DNA of 64,000 nucleotides, taken from positions 12,462,001-12,526,000 of the forward strand of contig JBHGNT010000004.1 in the NCBI GenBank assembly GCA_043228905.1, read 5' to 3'. Position numbers and translations under genes: made by a program. The notes under the pieces are model-generated. The model made no database searches. It was not told the origin of the DNA and saw nothing but the letters and a program-made list of their open reading frames with translations. Below are positions 35,300 to 48,218 of the stretch, in pieces. Within the stretch, counting starts at the first letter, position 1. The number at the start of each line of letters is the position of its first letter. The DNA comes from Azolla caroliniana (lineage: Eukaryota > Plantae > Polypodiophyta).

Positions 35300-37809
35300 T
35301 TTTAATTACTCTTCTTCAACCTCGATGTTCGAGGATACATTATCTAGAGCGTCGATCTCAAGATTTGGGGCCTCTCTTCTCTTAAAGATCTTGATCCTCT
35401 TCCCTGCTATCGGCAAAGCAAGTCAAGTTCCATCTAATTCCGCTAAAAAATAGGTTGCATTGCTTTCTATTTTCTTGACCATATACGGGCCAAACCATCG
35501 TTTTGCGAACTTTCTAGCAGTGCTATATTGATTATCGAGACTACTATCATAGACAAGAACCCAATCTCCTTCTTCAATTTTTCTTTGTCGAAGACGATGC
35601 TTTCTATCAAAATTATCCTTGTTCTTCAATCGAGCTTGGCGCAACCGTTCTATTGCCAACTCGACATCTTCGGGCCTTTGTTCTAATTGTTGAATCCTCA
35701 TGGCTAGCAAGTCTTGCCGACTGATTTCCTCTTGCCATGGCAAAGACGTCCACGAAGCAACACTTTGCTCAATAGGCATTATTGGTTTTTGTCCCAATAT
35801 GAGTTCGGCGGACATATATCCCGTAGTTGTGCTATGTGTAGTTCTATCTGCCCACAATGCATAAGGTAGTAATCGTGGCTAATTTCCCATCTTGCCATCG
35901 TAAGCCTTTGCCAGAGCTTTTACAATTGGACTATGTCCTCGTTCCACCTTCCCATTTGCATCCGGGTTGTACACCACGGTGAGCGATAATTTGACGCCTA
36001 TTCTTGAAAAGAACTCTTTAGCTTCATTTGCATCTAATTCTCCCCTATCGGCTACTATTTTGCCGACACATCCGTATCGACAAATAACATCTTCAAGGAG
36101 AAACTTACAAACTGCTGAAGTTTTATTCCTTAGCCCCAGTCCTTCTACTTGGTTGGTGAGATCCTCTCTTGCTAGCACGATATATTTCATTTGCCCCAAT
36201 CCCATTGGCATAACCACTATGTCTACCAACCACTTATAATGCATTGATAATGGATATGTTGGATGAAGTTCATCCCTATGTTGAATATTCGAGTATAATT
36301 GGCATTGCTCACATGTTTCAACATAGCTTGCTACATCTTTGTAAACACCCGACCACCAATACTTCTCCTTGAGCTTTGCAAATGTTGCCCATATACCTCG
36401 ATGACTATCAGGAAATTTAGCAATTAGTGTTTGTTGATCTTGTTTCTTGCACACCATTCGAAGTGGAGTTCCATTCTTCTTCTTCGGAAACTTCCATAAA
36501 TGTCCTTCTTTGAGGAAGAACTTGTAGGCCGTCTTCCTAATTCGGTAGAAGTCTTCCTTTTACCATGATTCATCTTTTGTAAGAGCGCTTAAGTATTTGC
36601 CAATTTCGATGAATTCACCCTCATAATCTTCTACTTTGAACACTGCTAGCACCTGAGCACAAGAAACCGTAAAGAAGTTTAGGCCAACATCCTCTTCGTC
36701 GGAGTGCAAATCTTCTTCACTCTCATACCTCGCCCTTGACAACATATCGGCCACCACATTATGCTTCCCATTTATATGCCAAATCTCAAGGTTGAGGGAC
36801 TTGATATTGGCAATCCATCGCAACATAGCAATATCTGGTGTAGCACAACCGGATATCATTCCGAGAATAGGTAGACAGTCGGTTTCGATTATGACCTCTA
36901 TTCCTATAAGGTAGTCACGGTTGGTTTTAACCACGGATACTATTCTCCATAGCTCTCTCTTTACTTGGGCATACTTCCTTTGTCTTTTGGTTAACACCTT
37001 CGCACTGAATCGGATTGCATACCGATTCTTTTCTTTGTCTTCTTGGTTTATCACCCATCCAATTCCGATTGGGCTCGTATCCACTGTCACATATATCGAG
37101 GTACCATTGGTGTAGTCGGCTTTGCGCAGTGCTGGAGCTTCCAATAATAGTTTCTTTAGCTTTCGAATCGCGTAGGTATGCTCATCTTCCCATTCAAACT
37201 TCTTCCTTTTCTTTAATAGTTCATACAATGGTTCAGTGACATGGGCATAATGTGGAATCCATATGTAATAGAATGCACATGCTCCCAAGAATTTATGCAC
37301 CTCCATTTGAGACACACATTCTTCTTTCATCTCTTGAATAGCGTTCACCTTGGATGGAGATGGCTTCCGGCCATAAGACCCACATGAGTGTCCTACTACC
37401 AATATTTTGTTGGGAGACAGGTCCCTCCGGATGGGAAGGGAGAAGAACAGTGCTCATGAACAAGCTCGGCCGAGGCTGAAACCGGATGAGGAGTACCCGC
37501 CTACGGAGAGACGGATGCTGCAGACCTGGTATGAACCGGATGAGGAGTACCTGGCTACGGAGAGCCGGATGGTGCAGACCCGGTATGAACCGGATGAGGA
37601 GTACCCGGCTACGGAGAGCCGGATGGTACAGACCCGGTGAGAACTGGATGAAGAGACATATTCGTAAATATGTTTCTAAGAGTCCATCGAGGCTATATTT
37701 GTAAATAGCTGAAAAGTCATAGTAGTATAAATATGACTTAGGGCAAACTTTTAGTAACGGGTGGTTGTTATTATTTCTTGTTTGCGTGAGATCATAGCAC
37801 ATAACAGTG

Positions 37810-37864
<55 letters not shown>

Positions 37865-40800
37865 GTTGCTGCCTCTATTGTAACCGCCGCCTGTGGCGAA
37901 GATCGTGAGCACGAGGTCGTTGCCTCCGTGAACTCACTGTTTTGTACATTCCAACATAGTGATAGTTTGCAGCTTGTGGGCTGCCGTGGTTTTTCCCTTT
38001 AATTTGGGTTTTCCACGTAAACATCCTGTGCACCTTTTCTCTCCTTTGTGTCGTGTTTTTTTTCATTTCCTGTTTTTTGTGTATGATTCTAAGCTCGGTT
38101 GTGGCCGAGCGTTGTGCATAAGGGGCCTTGAGTTCCCGACAAGTGGTATCAGACCAAAACGACACAGAAAATAGACGAATCGTTTGGCGGCATGTTCAAG
38201 CTCACCGGCTCCAACTATTCGGTATGGAAGTCGAAGATGAGGGACATGCTCGTGGTTAAAGACCTCTGGCTGCCAGTTCAGTTCGGGGACAAGATACCGG
38301 ACAAAATCGACGCCGCGATATGGGAGGTGATGCACATGAAGACAACGGCATACATACGGTGCTTCATCGACATGAGCCTGTACAACAACTTCAATGAAGA
38401 GAGCAAGGCTCATGAGCTATGGGAGAAGATCGGCATAATGTTTCAGAACAAAAATGTTGTTAATCAGGTGTCGATATTCCGGAAGCTAGTAAGACTCCGG
38501 TACCAAGATGGCTCCAGCATGGCGGAGCACATGAATGCATTCCAGGGGCTGATCCACCAGGCAACTTCATTGGAAGTACCTCTTGCCGATGAGGTACTTG
38601 CACTACTCCTGCTCGGTTCCCTCCCGGACAGCTGGGAGACGTTGGTTGTCACTTTGGGCAACGCCGGACCGGAAGGAAAGCGGTTATCCCTAGCAAGAGT
38701 AAAGTCGAGCTTGCTAGATGAGGAGGCGCGTCGGAAAGATAAAGATACGAGCTCCGACTCCAAAGCGCTCCTTACCGAATCGGAACGTGGAAGACATAGA
38801 AACCGTAGTCCCCAGAACCGGGAGAAGTCGGGGACAAGGTCAAAGTCAAGGGGGAGGCCCACTTGCTTCTATTGCGGCAAGCTGGGACACTTCCAAAAGA
38901 ACTGTCGGCATTTCCGAAAAGATAAGGAGACCGATGGTACCGATTCGAAGCAAACCCCAAACCGGAACGGTAAAGATCGGAGGGGGCCGGACCGGAAGGG
39001 AACGACGGCAATCGCGGCAAGTGAAGAAGAGTTGATGCTCATCACCGAGGAGAGTGAGATAAACCTTGCTGGCGACGAGATGACCTGGGTGGTAGACTCC
39101 GAAGCCTCGTTCCACCTTACCCCGAACCGGAAATACTTCTCATCCTACTCAGCCAATGATCACGGCTGTGTTTGGATGGGGAATGAAGGTACATGCCGAA
39201 TTGTCGGCATAGGAGACATGTGGCTGTCAACACCAACTGGATGCAAGTTGCTACCGAAGGATGTCTGACACGTTCCGGAGGTTCATCTCAACTTGATATC
39301 AGCCGGTCGGCTAGACGATGAAGGCTACACAGGTAGCATCCGAAACGGTGTCAAGAAGTTCAGCAAAGGGAGCCTAATTGTGGCTCGGACCCGGAAGGTC
39401 AACACACTGTACCTAATGAGTGCCGGTTATGTCCAGAAGAAGTGAACATGGCATCCGACACTGCCGGTGAGCTGTGGGACAAGAGGCTGTGTCATATGAG
39501 CGAGAAGGGGATGAAGAGGCTTGCAGACGACAACCTCATTCCAGTGAAGAACGTGCACTTGGAGAAGTGCACTGATTGTCTGGCCGATAAGCAAAACCGG
39601 ACCTCCTTCCGACCAAGGCCACCGATGAGACGTAATGCACCACTGGAGTTGGTGCATACGGATGTGTGTCAAGTAAACACGAAGTCACATTCCGGAGCGC
39701 AGTACTATTGTAACCACAGTGTACAGAGAGAGAGAGAGAAAGAGGTCGTTGCCTCTATTGTAACCGCCGCCTGTGGCGAAGATCGTGAGCACGAGGTCGT
39801 TGCCTCCGTGAACTCATTGTTTTGTACATTCCAACATAGTGATAGTTTGCAGCCTGTGGGCTGTCGTGGTTTTTCCCTTTAATTTGGGTTTTCCACGTAA
39901 ACATCCTGTGCACCTTTTCTCTCCTTTGTGTCGTGTTTTTTTTCGTTTCCTGTTTTCTGTGTATGATTCTAAGCTCGGTTGTGGCCGAGCGTTGTGCATA
40001 AGGGGCCTTGAGTTCCCGACATATTTCTGGTTGACCAAATGCAGACTTCTCTCCCGAAAGCGTGAGATTCGCATCCTCAAGCTTTTGCAAGACCTTCTCG
40101 TTATCCTTTATATGATCGATGTCGAATCTTCAGCAACCATCGTCATCTTTCGATTCATCTTTCTCTTCCACCAAGCATCCTTTGATTGGAATGTCATCTA
40201 AGAAGGGCATTGTGATATCAGGGATACAATCCCTCAACACTTTGTTCATGGCATTCACCATGTGGGCTACGGAATTTGTCACACCTTCGGGTAAGGTGCC
40301 CATCCTTACCAACCCGATCAACGTCCTCATTGTCGTTATGTCTCTACTATCGACAGCCAATTGAAACTGATCATTGCCCGAGTAGAGATCACCAATGGAA
40401 TAGATCGATCTTCTCGAGAAGGCTTCGGCATATTCATCCACGCTTGGACCAATTCCGGCATTTCGGATCGTCACCTTGTTGACGGGTTGGAGATCTTGTA
40501 TAAAGCGTAAGGACCCGTTCTTCTTGGGCACCATAAACCATCTATTAAAGTAGGGAGCATTGGATGGCTCAAGAATTCCCATCCTAACCTTTTCCTTTAG
40601 AAGCTCAATCAACTTTGGAATGTGAGCTCTTGGAACCGGTATCGACTTGAGGTTCCAAGGTACATGCGGCACCGTAAAAATCACCATCGGCTGTATTATC
40701 TTCGGTTCAGCACATCCGATCTCTTGTGGAGAGAAGGCAAAGGATTTCCCATGTCTCTCAAGCATTCCGCGGAACATTCTCTTCTCTTCAGGGAGAAGGA

Positions 40801-43230
40801 AATCTTCCCTTCCAACTTGTAGCCTTCCTTTCATCTCTTTGGTGAAGACATGACCTATTGCCTTTGGATCCCTTAAGCTCGGATCATTAGCAACTTCTTT
40901 CATCTTCTGCCAGCTATCTTCCGGTAGCGGAACCACAACCGGCTTGATCTTCTTATCCACCATTTTATATTTTGTGTTGACTTCATCTTCCTTCATCTTC
41001 TTAGCGTACATGTTGACGGAGTTAACCGAAATCACATTTTGATCGTGAGAGTAGCTCAAATCCACGACTTCCTCGATTTCGCCGATGGTGTCATTAAATG
41101 AGGCTTCCTCTAGAATATGAGACATGAATTCTTCTTCTTCGATTATGCTTTCTTCTTTCAGCATCTTCTTGAAGTCTTTTATCTGACGCTTGTCCTTCTT
41201 GTTGAGTAGTGTTAGTTTACATGCGCCACTAGGTGTCACACATGTTGCTCCATTATCGAACACCTTAGTCTCCATCTGGGACGATGTGATATATGGTTGT
41301 CCTAGGATGACAGGATGTGAAGCCGAGTCTTGCACGAAGAAGTGTTGATCCATCTCCACATCTCCGATTGTGACTTTAACATTGGGGCAAGCTCCGTACA
41401 AGTCTTCCATGGCCTTTGTTGTTGCTCGTATCTTCCATCCGTGGTTTGTGTTGATTGGCCATCTTCCTTTCTTGTAGAATTCGGTCGACATGAGGTTGAT
41501 CTCCGAACCATGGTCAATCAAGGCTACCACAGTCTCCTTCTTCTCTCTGATCTTCAAAGGCGTCTCTGTTGTCGCTCTTGCCCAATGAGGCCGAGAGTAA
41601 TGGTTGTCCGCCATCACTTCTTCTTCCTCCTCCTCTTCGGATCTTGCCATGGTTATAGCACTTGTTTTCACCTCTTCTTCATCCGCTTGTTGCCGTTTCC
41701 GTTTAATCAAGTCCACGATAGTATCGTGGAACTCCTTCTTAGCGATCCCAAGTAGCTCTCTCAAAGTAAGGTCAACATGACTATCTAAAACCTTCTCCTC
41801 AAGGACCTTCCGCAAATTGGTTGTTTGTTCTATGTCTGACCTTAGCTTGTAAGTCGGCGCCACTCATTCTTTTCCCTTCTTCACAGATTCTTCGACTTCC
41901 ATCCAAGAAGGTTGGCTCGATCCACTGGGCTTCATGCTTGTTTCTCCTATCTCTTTTTGTGGTGTAGGTTGGGCTTGTCCTTCTTTCCCTGCATTCCTCG
42001 TATTATGACGCTTTGATGTGCCATCTTCTTCACCGGTTCTTTTCCTCTTCTCTTCAACAAGAGCTTCATAGTTGTCACACACAACCTCCGCAAAGCTTGT
42101 GTTATCGTCGACTGGATCCAACCATCCGGTAACTCGTCGCGCATTCCAATCAACATGTTTTAGATCCTCCAAATCTATTTTTCCTTTCTTTTCACACTCG
42201 AATACCGTTGGCCAAAACCCAGCTCCCGGCTTGATCGTCTTTAGATTCTCTCTTCCGACTCATATACCGGCCGATGCGGCATAGTGCATGGCTTCCACAT
42301 GCCTCACATCTTCCTCTTCCATGATCTTTTTCAGCCCACCTCTTCCGAAGTTCCCTCGTAGTAGCTTCTGAGTCTCGCTTGAATGAATCATGTTGCCGTC
42401 CAAATAGACGACGTTCTTGTGAATCACGTCTTATAAGTTGGCCAACGATACCGCTTCAAACTTCTTGGAGAGCTCTTCGATTATGGATTCTTCCATCGCT
42501 TTCTTGTCGAAATTGTTGATCCGGCTTGCTAGGCTCGATCATCATAGGCGTCTTCCTTCTCCACGATTGTGGATTCTCCATATCAATTTCCTCTTGCCAT
42601 TGTTGACGCTTGTCAAGACGGCTACAAGCCTTCTTCACCATCGCCCAGTCCGCTACCAAGCCATTCGGTTGTGTTTCATCCTCCAAAAAGTTGCCCAATT
42701 CTCGCCGATCTTTCGCATCCATTGCCTTCAGGAATAGTACGACTTTATCTCCATCGAGAACTCGTTGATCAACACTCGGAAGTCGGTTGTACTTTTGGTC
42801 GAATTCCGCATATACTCCCGACGCACACATATTCTTCCCTTTCTTCTCGATCCACATCATGAGCGTATGTCGAGTCATCCGTGATGCGTCTTCAAGCATG
42901 TATTAAGCAAGAAGCGCCTTTTCGAACTCTGCCCAAGTTGCATGCTCGCTTTGGATCTCCATGATGCGCTGGCGGATCCGTGGTTCCACCACACGTTTGA
43001 AGCTAGAAATTTGTTTGAGATTGTTGATATCCCTTTGTTGCATCTCGTTTCGATAGGTAGCAAGAAAATCCGTGATGTTCTTGCCACCAAATCGTCCAGC
43101 TATCTCAACCGTACAATCAACAGCTTTGTCGATTAAAGCTTCTCGGTCTTTCACCTTCAGCATCTATTCCACTACGGACACCATGCCTTTTCTTAATTCC
43201 TCTCCTTGAGTTCCACTTGTTGAAGCCATC
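35300..43230 (-). pseudogene. gypsy gag and pol of family D (split by insertion 37408-40021)
   Basis: gag AGRFGGKNITDFL, protease ALIDHGSEIN, RT IQDLQPVN/GDLYSG/PFLDDI, RNase H VTVDTSPIGIG..YAQVKREL, integrase VADRGE..YNPDANGKVERGH and WFGPY. Confidence 0.92.
37408..40021 (+). mobile_element. Ty1/copia family B copy 2, internally deleted, nested in family D RT
   Basis: 5' LTR 37408-38141, PBS tggtatcaga at 38144, gag-PR-partial integrase to ~39704, partial 3' LTR 39716-40021, perfect TSD TATTT. Confidence 0.95.
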
Positions 43231-43260
43231 GTTGCACTTGATATCCTTCCTACCGCCTCT

Positions 43261-43278
43261 TTCACGTCGGGTTCACCA
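43261..43278 (-). promoter_or_regulatory. PBS complementary to the tRNA-Trp 3' end
   Basis: The + strand reads TTCACGTCGGGTTCACCA, matching the recalled plant tRNA-Trp(CCA) 3' 18 nt. It lies 8 nt from the LTR. Confidence 0.8.
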
Positions 43279-43979
43279 CTTAATTATGTTGTGAAAATCC
43301 GTCACTATGTGCGGATCCTGAGACGGAACCACTGGCGTTCTGGACTAGAAGGATTTAGTGTGACACGTACAACACAAGCAAGTTTTAAGCATAAGACAAG
43401 TGGGAGAGACAAATCATTAGTTTATTGCAAAAGAAAATCGATTCTTTATAATTTCAGAATCTTGTTATAATGGGTTGGGTATGGAAATGAGAGATTAATT
43501 TTTCAAAGAAAGGAGCCAACAACCATGCAAGGAGTGGTGCGATATAAATACGAGAGATATTTTTTTGACAAGAAAGATCAAGTAAACAAAGCTAGGAGTT
43601 TGATGTCAATATGTGAGATAATTTGTTTCTCGAAGCCGAGAGGGAAGAAGAAGGAAGTAAAAAAAACTAGAGGAAAAAAATGGGACATTTCCAGCTCTTT
43701 GTTGATCCTCCTACCAAATGTTACTTTGCATGCCCACTTTTAGTTGCCTGGCCTCTATTTTTAGTTGCATGGCCTCTACTTTTAGTTGCATGCTTACATT
43801 TTTAGATGAATGCCTTTTACTTTTAGTTGCATGCCCTTAGCTTTTGGTTGCATGGGACTATCCGTATAATTCGGCCAAATGACACAATCATCCATAAAGT
43901 TTAGCCCGTGCGCAATCCGTACGTGCGTCGCAACCAAACCGTAGACGCGTCCGCACGCAAAAGTCCCGACCGTGTAATG

Positions 43980-45575
43980 TATGCATCCACGCGCGCGCGC
44001 GTCCAACTCGCACCGTGTACACATCTGCACACACACGCACGTCCGAAATCGTCCATGCGGCCGTGCATACGCGCGTACGCCCGAAAACGTCCACACGTAC
44101 GTCTAAAAACATCCACGCGGCCATGCATACGCACGTACACCCGAAGCGCCAACACGATCGTGCATACGCGCGTACGCCCGAAGCGTCAACGAAATCGTCT
44201 ATGCGGCCGTGCATACGCACGTACGCCCGAAAACGTCCACACATACGTCCGTCCGAAAACATCCATGCGGCCATGCATACGCGCGTACACCCGAAGCGTC
44301 AACACGATCGTGCATACGCGCGTACGGCCGAAGCGTCAACGAAATCGTCTGTGCGGCGCGCGCGTGCGTCCAACTCGCACCGTGTACACATCCGCACACA
44401 CTCGCACGTCCGAAATCGTCCTTACGGTCGTGCTTACGCGCGTACGCCCAAAAACGTCCACACGTACGTCTGAAAACATCCAAGCGGCCATGCATACGCG
44501 CGTACACCCGAAGCGTCAACACGATCGTGCATACGCGCGTACGCCCGAAGCGTCAACGAAATCGTCTATGCGGCCGTGCATACGCACGTACGCCCGAAAA
44601 CGTCCACACATACGTCCGTCCGAAAACATCCATGCGGCCATGCATACGCGCGTACACCCGAAGCGTCAACACGATCGTGCATACGCGCGTACGGCCGAAG
44701 CGTCAACGAAATCGTCTGTGCGGCGCGCGCGTGCGTCCAACTCGCACCGTGTACACATCCGCACACACTCGCACGTCCGAAATCGTCCTTACGGTCGTGC
44801 TTACGCGCGTACGCCCAAAAACGTCCACACGTACGTCTGAAAACATCCAAGCGGCCATGCATACGCGCGTACACCCGAAGCGTCAACACGATCGTGCATA
44901 CGCGCGTACGCCTGAAGCGTCAACGAAATCGTCTATGCGGCCGTGCATACGCACGTACGCCCAAAAACATCCACACATACGTCCGAAAACATCCATGCGG
45001 CCATGCATACGCGCGTACACCCGAAGCGTCAACACGATCGTGCATACGCGCGTACGCCTAAAGCGTCAACGAAATCATCTATGCGGCACCGTGTACACAT
45101 CCGCACACACGCGCACGTCCGAAATCGTCCATGCGGCCGTGCATACGCGCGTACGCCCGAAAACGTCCACACGTACGTCTGAAAACATCCACGCGGCCAT
45201 GCATACGCACGTACACCCGAAGCGTCAACACGATCGTGCATACGCACGTACGCCCGAAAAGTCCATACATACGTCCGAAAACATCCATGCGGCCATGCAT
45301 ACGCGCGTACACCCGAAGCGTCAACACGATCGTGCATACGCGCGTACGCCCGAAGCGTCAACGAAATCGTCTATGCGGTCGTGCATACGCACGTACGCCC
45401 GAAAACCTCCACATGTATGTCCGAAAACATTCACGCGGTCATGCATATGCGCGTACACCCGAAGCGTCAACACGATCGTGCATACGCGCGTACGCCCGAA
45501 CCGTCAACACGATCGTGCATACGCGCGTACGCCCGAACCGTCAACACGATTGTGCATATGCTTGTACGCCCGAAG
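43980..45575. repeat. CpG-rich tandem repeat with a 367 bp higher-order unit inside the 5' LTR of family D
   Basis: Sub-units built on gtgcatacgcgcgtacgcccgaa. Identical 107-aa translations occur at 44199-44522 and 44566-44889 (offset 367). Only a short version is present in the 3' LTR (~34680-34910). Confidence 0.93.
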
Positions 45576-46959
45576 TGTGCACACCATACAGTGTAGCCCA
45601 AGTCACCTTGAACATTCTATGCTCCACACAGTAATAGAATGAATATTTTTTGGTTTCCCTTATATATCCTGCGTCCCAATGTTGACCTATTTATGTGGGA
45701 TATCTCACAGTTTGTATTTTTTTTCTTTTTCTCTTTAAACTTCTCACTCACATAACTTGATACTTATTTATCCAATTCATGCGTAGTAAAATACATTATG
45801 AAGCTCTTGAACACATCTATCTTTCCATATCAATATATTAAGCTAATCGTAAATAATTATTTTACTAGTTTTCATATCGTGTGTGAAAAACCACACGACA
45901 GCAGTATGAAAAAAATCTCACGTGCACTACAAGAAAATGTTTGGCAATAGTCAACTACATCTTTCTCCTTGCCAAATGAAAGAAAGATTGATAAATTGTG
46001 CAACAATCAAAGTGATGGTCCCTGCTTACCACCATCATTGCATCTTAGAAATAGTAACACCATATATTCTTCTTCACTAGCCTGTTCTCCATACATCATG
46101 TCTCTCTTCCTACATTTCCACCTTCTACTAAATGATGATTCCCTTAGTAGACCATTAGTTTTGAACTCCTTGACCACAAACAAAAATTGTTCATCATGCA
46201 CTTGAACTTTTTGTTCATACATCTTTGCCACACCTTCCAAACTTTGAATACATGCACCTTGTTGGGAATAGTGGAAACTCCAAATCATGACCCTCCAATC
46301 TTTTGGGTTTTTCTTCACGAGGTCAACTACAATGATGATTAGAATACTCCATGCACCGCATCTCAGTAGAAGAACAATCCGCATGCACTTCCAAGAGTAA
46401 TATTTATCCTTCATAACTTGATAATGTATACATGATAAAGTGACACACCTTGGCTCTTGATCAAATTGTTGTTGAAGAGTTGATGCCCACATAACTTTGT
46501 TATAGATAGCTGACTTCACGAGCTTTCTAACCCATATTTACACATTATATTTGGCTTCCAAACGAATGAGTTATGAGCATTCGTTTTAGACTTTTTTCTT
46601 CTTTTACTTTTCTCCACATGTGTTGCTTTTTGTTTGATTTATCCTCAAGACCTTGGTTCGTGTTCTTGACCTCCGGATGTGAATCCTCCATACCTTATAT
46701 TCTTGTAGTGTTGAATACTTTCAATTCTAAAAACACTTTCACAGGTTTGTTATGGTCCTTCGAAGTACGTTGATAGCGAAGAACTATTTCAATGGCCACT
46801 TCGAAGGATTTGGGATTCTTATTGTGCACTATCAAGTAATAGTCTGAATTGGGGATTGCATTGACAAAACATCCTTATTCCTGCATCCGACTCGTTCGAT
46901 TCGGCTCCTCTGGTTCTCATCCGGATCCTGTCCGGAGGGACCGAATTCCCAACAAAACA

Positions 46960-48218
46960 CGACCACATGCTTGGCTACATTCGAAAATCCGAGACGCCAA
47001 AGGAAGCGTGGGAGAATCTACGAAAGATTTTTGCTCCCAACACAATCGCGAGAAAACTTCAATTCCGCCAAGAGTTGAACAACATCCAACAAAGGGATAT
47101 GTCCATCACGAGCTACACCTTGAAGATCAAGGAGCTTTGCGACTCGCTCGGCTCGATAAGAGTCAATGTGGACGATGATGACATGGTGCAAATATGCCTC
47201 AGCAGCCTTGCACCACGGTTGGGCGCGATGAGGACCGCCGTATTAGCAAAGGGAGAATCCACCCTCCTTCTTCGATCTTCAATCCATGTTGTTGGTGAAA
47301 GAAAACCATGTTCGAAGGAGCAATGCCTCAGAAGGCCACATGCTTTACTCACACTCGGATGGAGGAAGAGGACGCGACCGTGCAAGAAGAGGCTGATTCA
47401 GCCAAGGACGAGGCGGACGAAGCCCGACTTATGAAAACAACTCGCAATTTCAGCATCAAGACAGAAGCCCTTGAGGAACCTTCGGAAGAAGGGGAAGCTT
47501 CCATTCCGGTCGGAGCTGACAAAACTCGGTCGAATGCAGATAATGCAAAAAAATCGTTCACCACGAAGAAGATGTGCGAGTCCGCTTCCACTAGCCGACA
47601 ACTCACAAATTATGCCACCAACTCTGACTATGACGATCGTGGCAGAATGTTCGTGATGAGAAATAAAGAAAATTCTATGTGGGCTTCTACTTCAACTAGT
47701 GCCTCCGGTCCGGAAGACGTATGGTTCGTCAACTCCAGTGCCTCGAACCATATGATGTCTCATCAAGAATGGTTCTGAGAACGTCGAGAGCCGGAACGAC
47801 CCATCTACGTCGAAACCAAAGACGACACTATGCATCCGATTCAACACATCGGCAATGTCCCATTCAGCAAAGAAGGTAACCAAAATTTTATTAAGAATGT
47901 CTTACATGTACCAACCATTACAAAGAATTTGGTCTCCGTCGCCAAATTGTTGAGCAAGGGATGCAAGTACAATTTAATCAAGGCGGTTGCTTCATCAATA
48001 AAGAGGGTTGACTAATCACTTGTGGACGAAGAGAGGGTCAAATGTTTATTCTCGACTCACACGAGATGAAATCCGCCATGTTCGCAAAGGGCACGAAAGT
48101 CGATCCTGACATAGAGTTATGGAATAAGCGGATTGACCATATCAACCTCCCAAAGCTCAAGGCAATGCAATCGAAAGGAGTCGTCATCGGGCTCCCAACA
48201 TTCAAGGAGAAAGAGATT
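46960..48218 (+). pseudogene. copia (family A-like) gag-protease-pre-integrase fragment
   Basis: TPKEAWENLRKIF..RKLQFRQELN, VWFVNSSASNHM, VLHVPTITKNLVSV, LWNKRIDH. Confidence 0.85.

Larger units (their letters stand above)
34004..45900 (-). mobile_element. Ty3/gypsy non-chromovirus LTR retrotransposon (family D), tRNA-Trp primed
   Basis: 5' LTR 43287-45900 and 3' LTR 34004-35239. PBS 43261-43278, PPT gtgggggtgaa 35240-35250, apparent 4 bp TSD GCGG/GCAG. Domain order gag-PR-RT-RH-INT; no chromodomain seen. Confidence 0.93.

Noticed and set aside
43794-45642. Long ORFs (up to 477 aa) in several frames
   Set aside because: They are by-products of a stop-poor tandem repeat inside an LTR.
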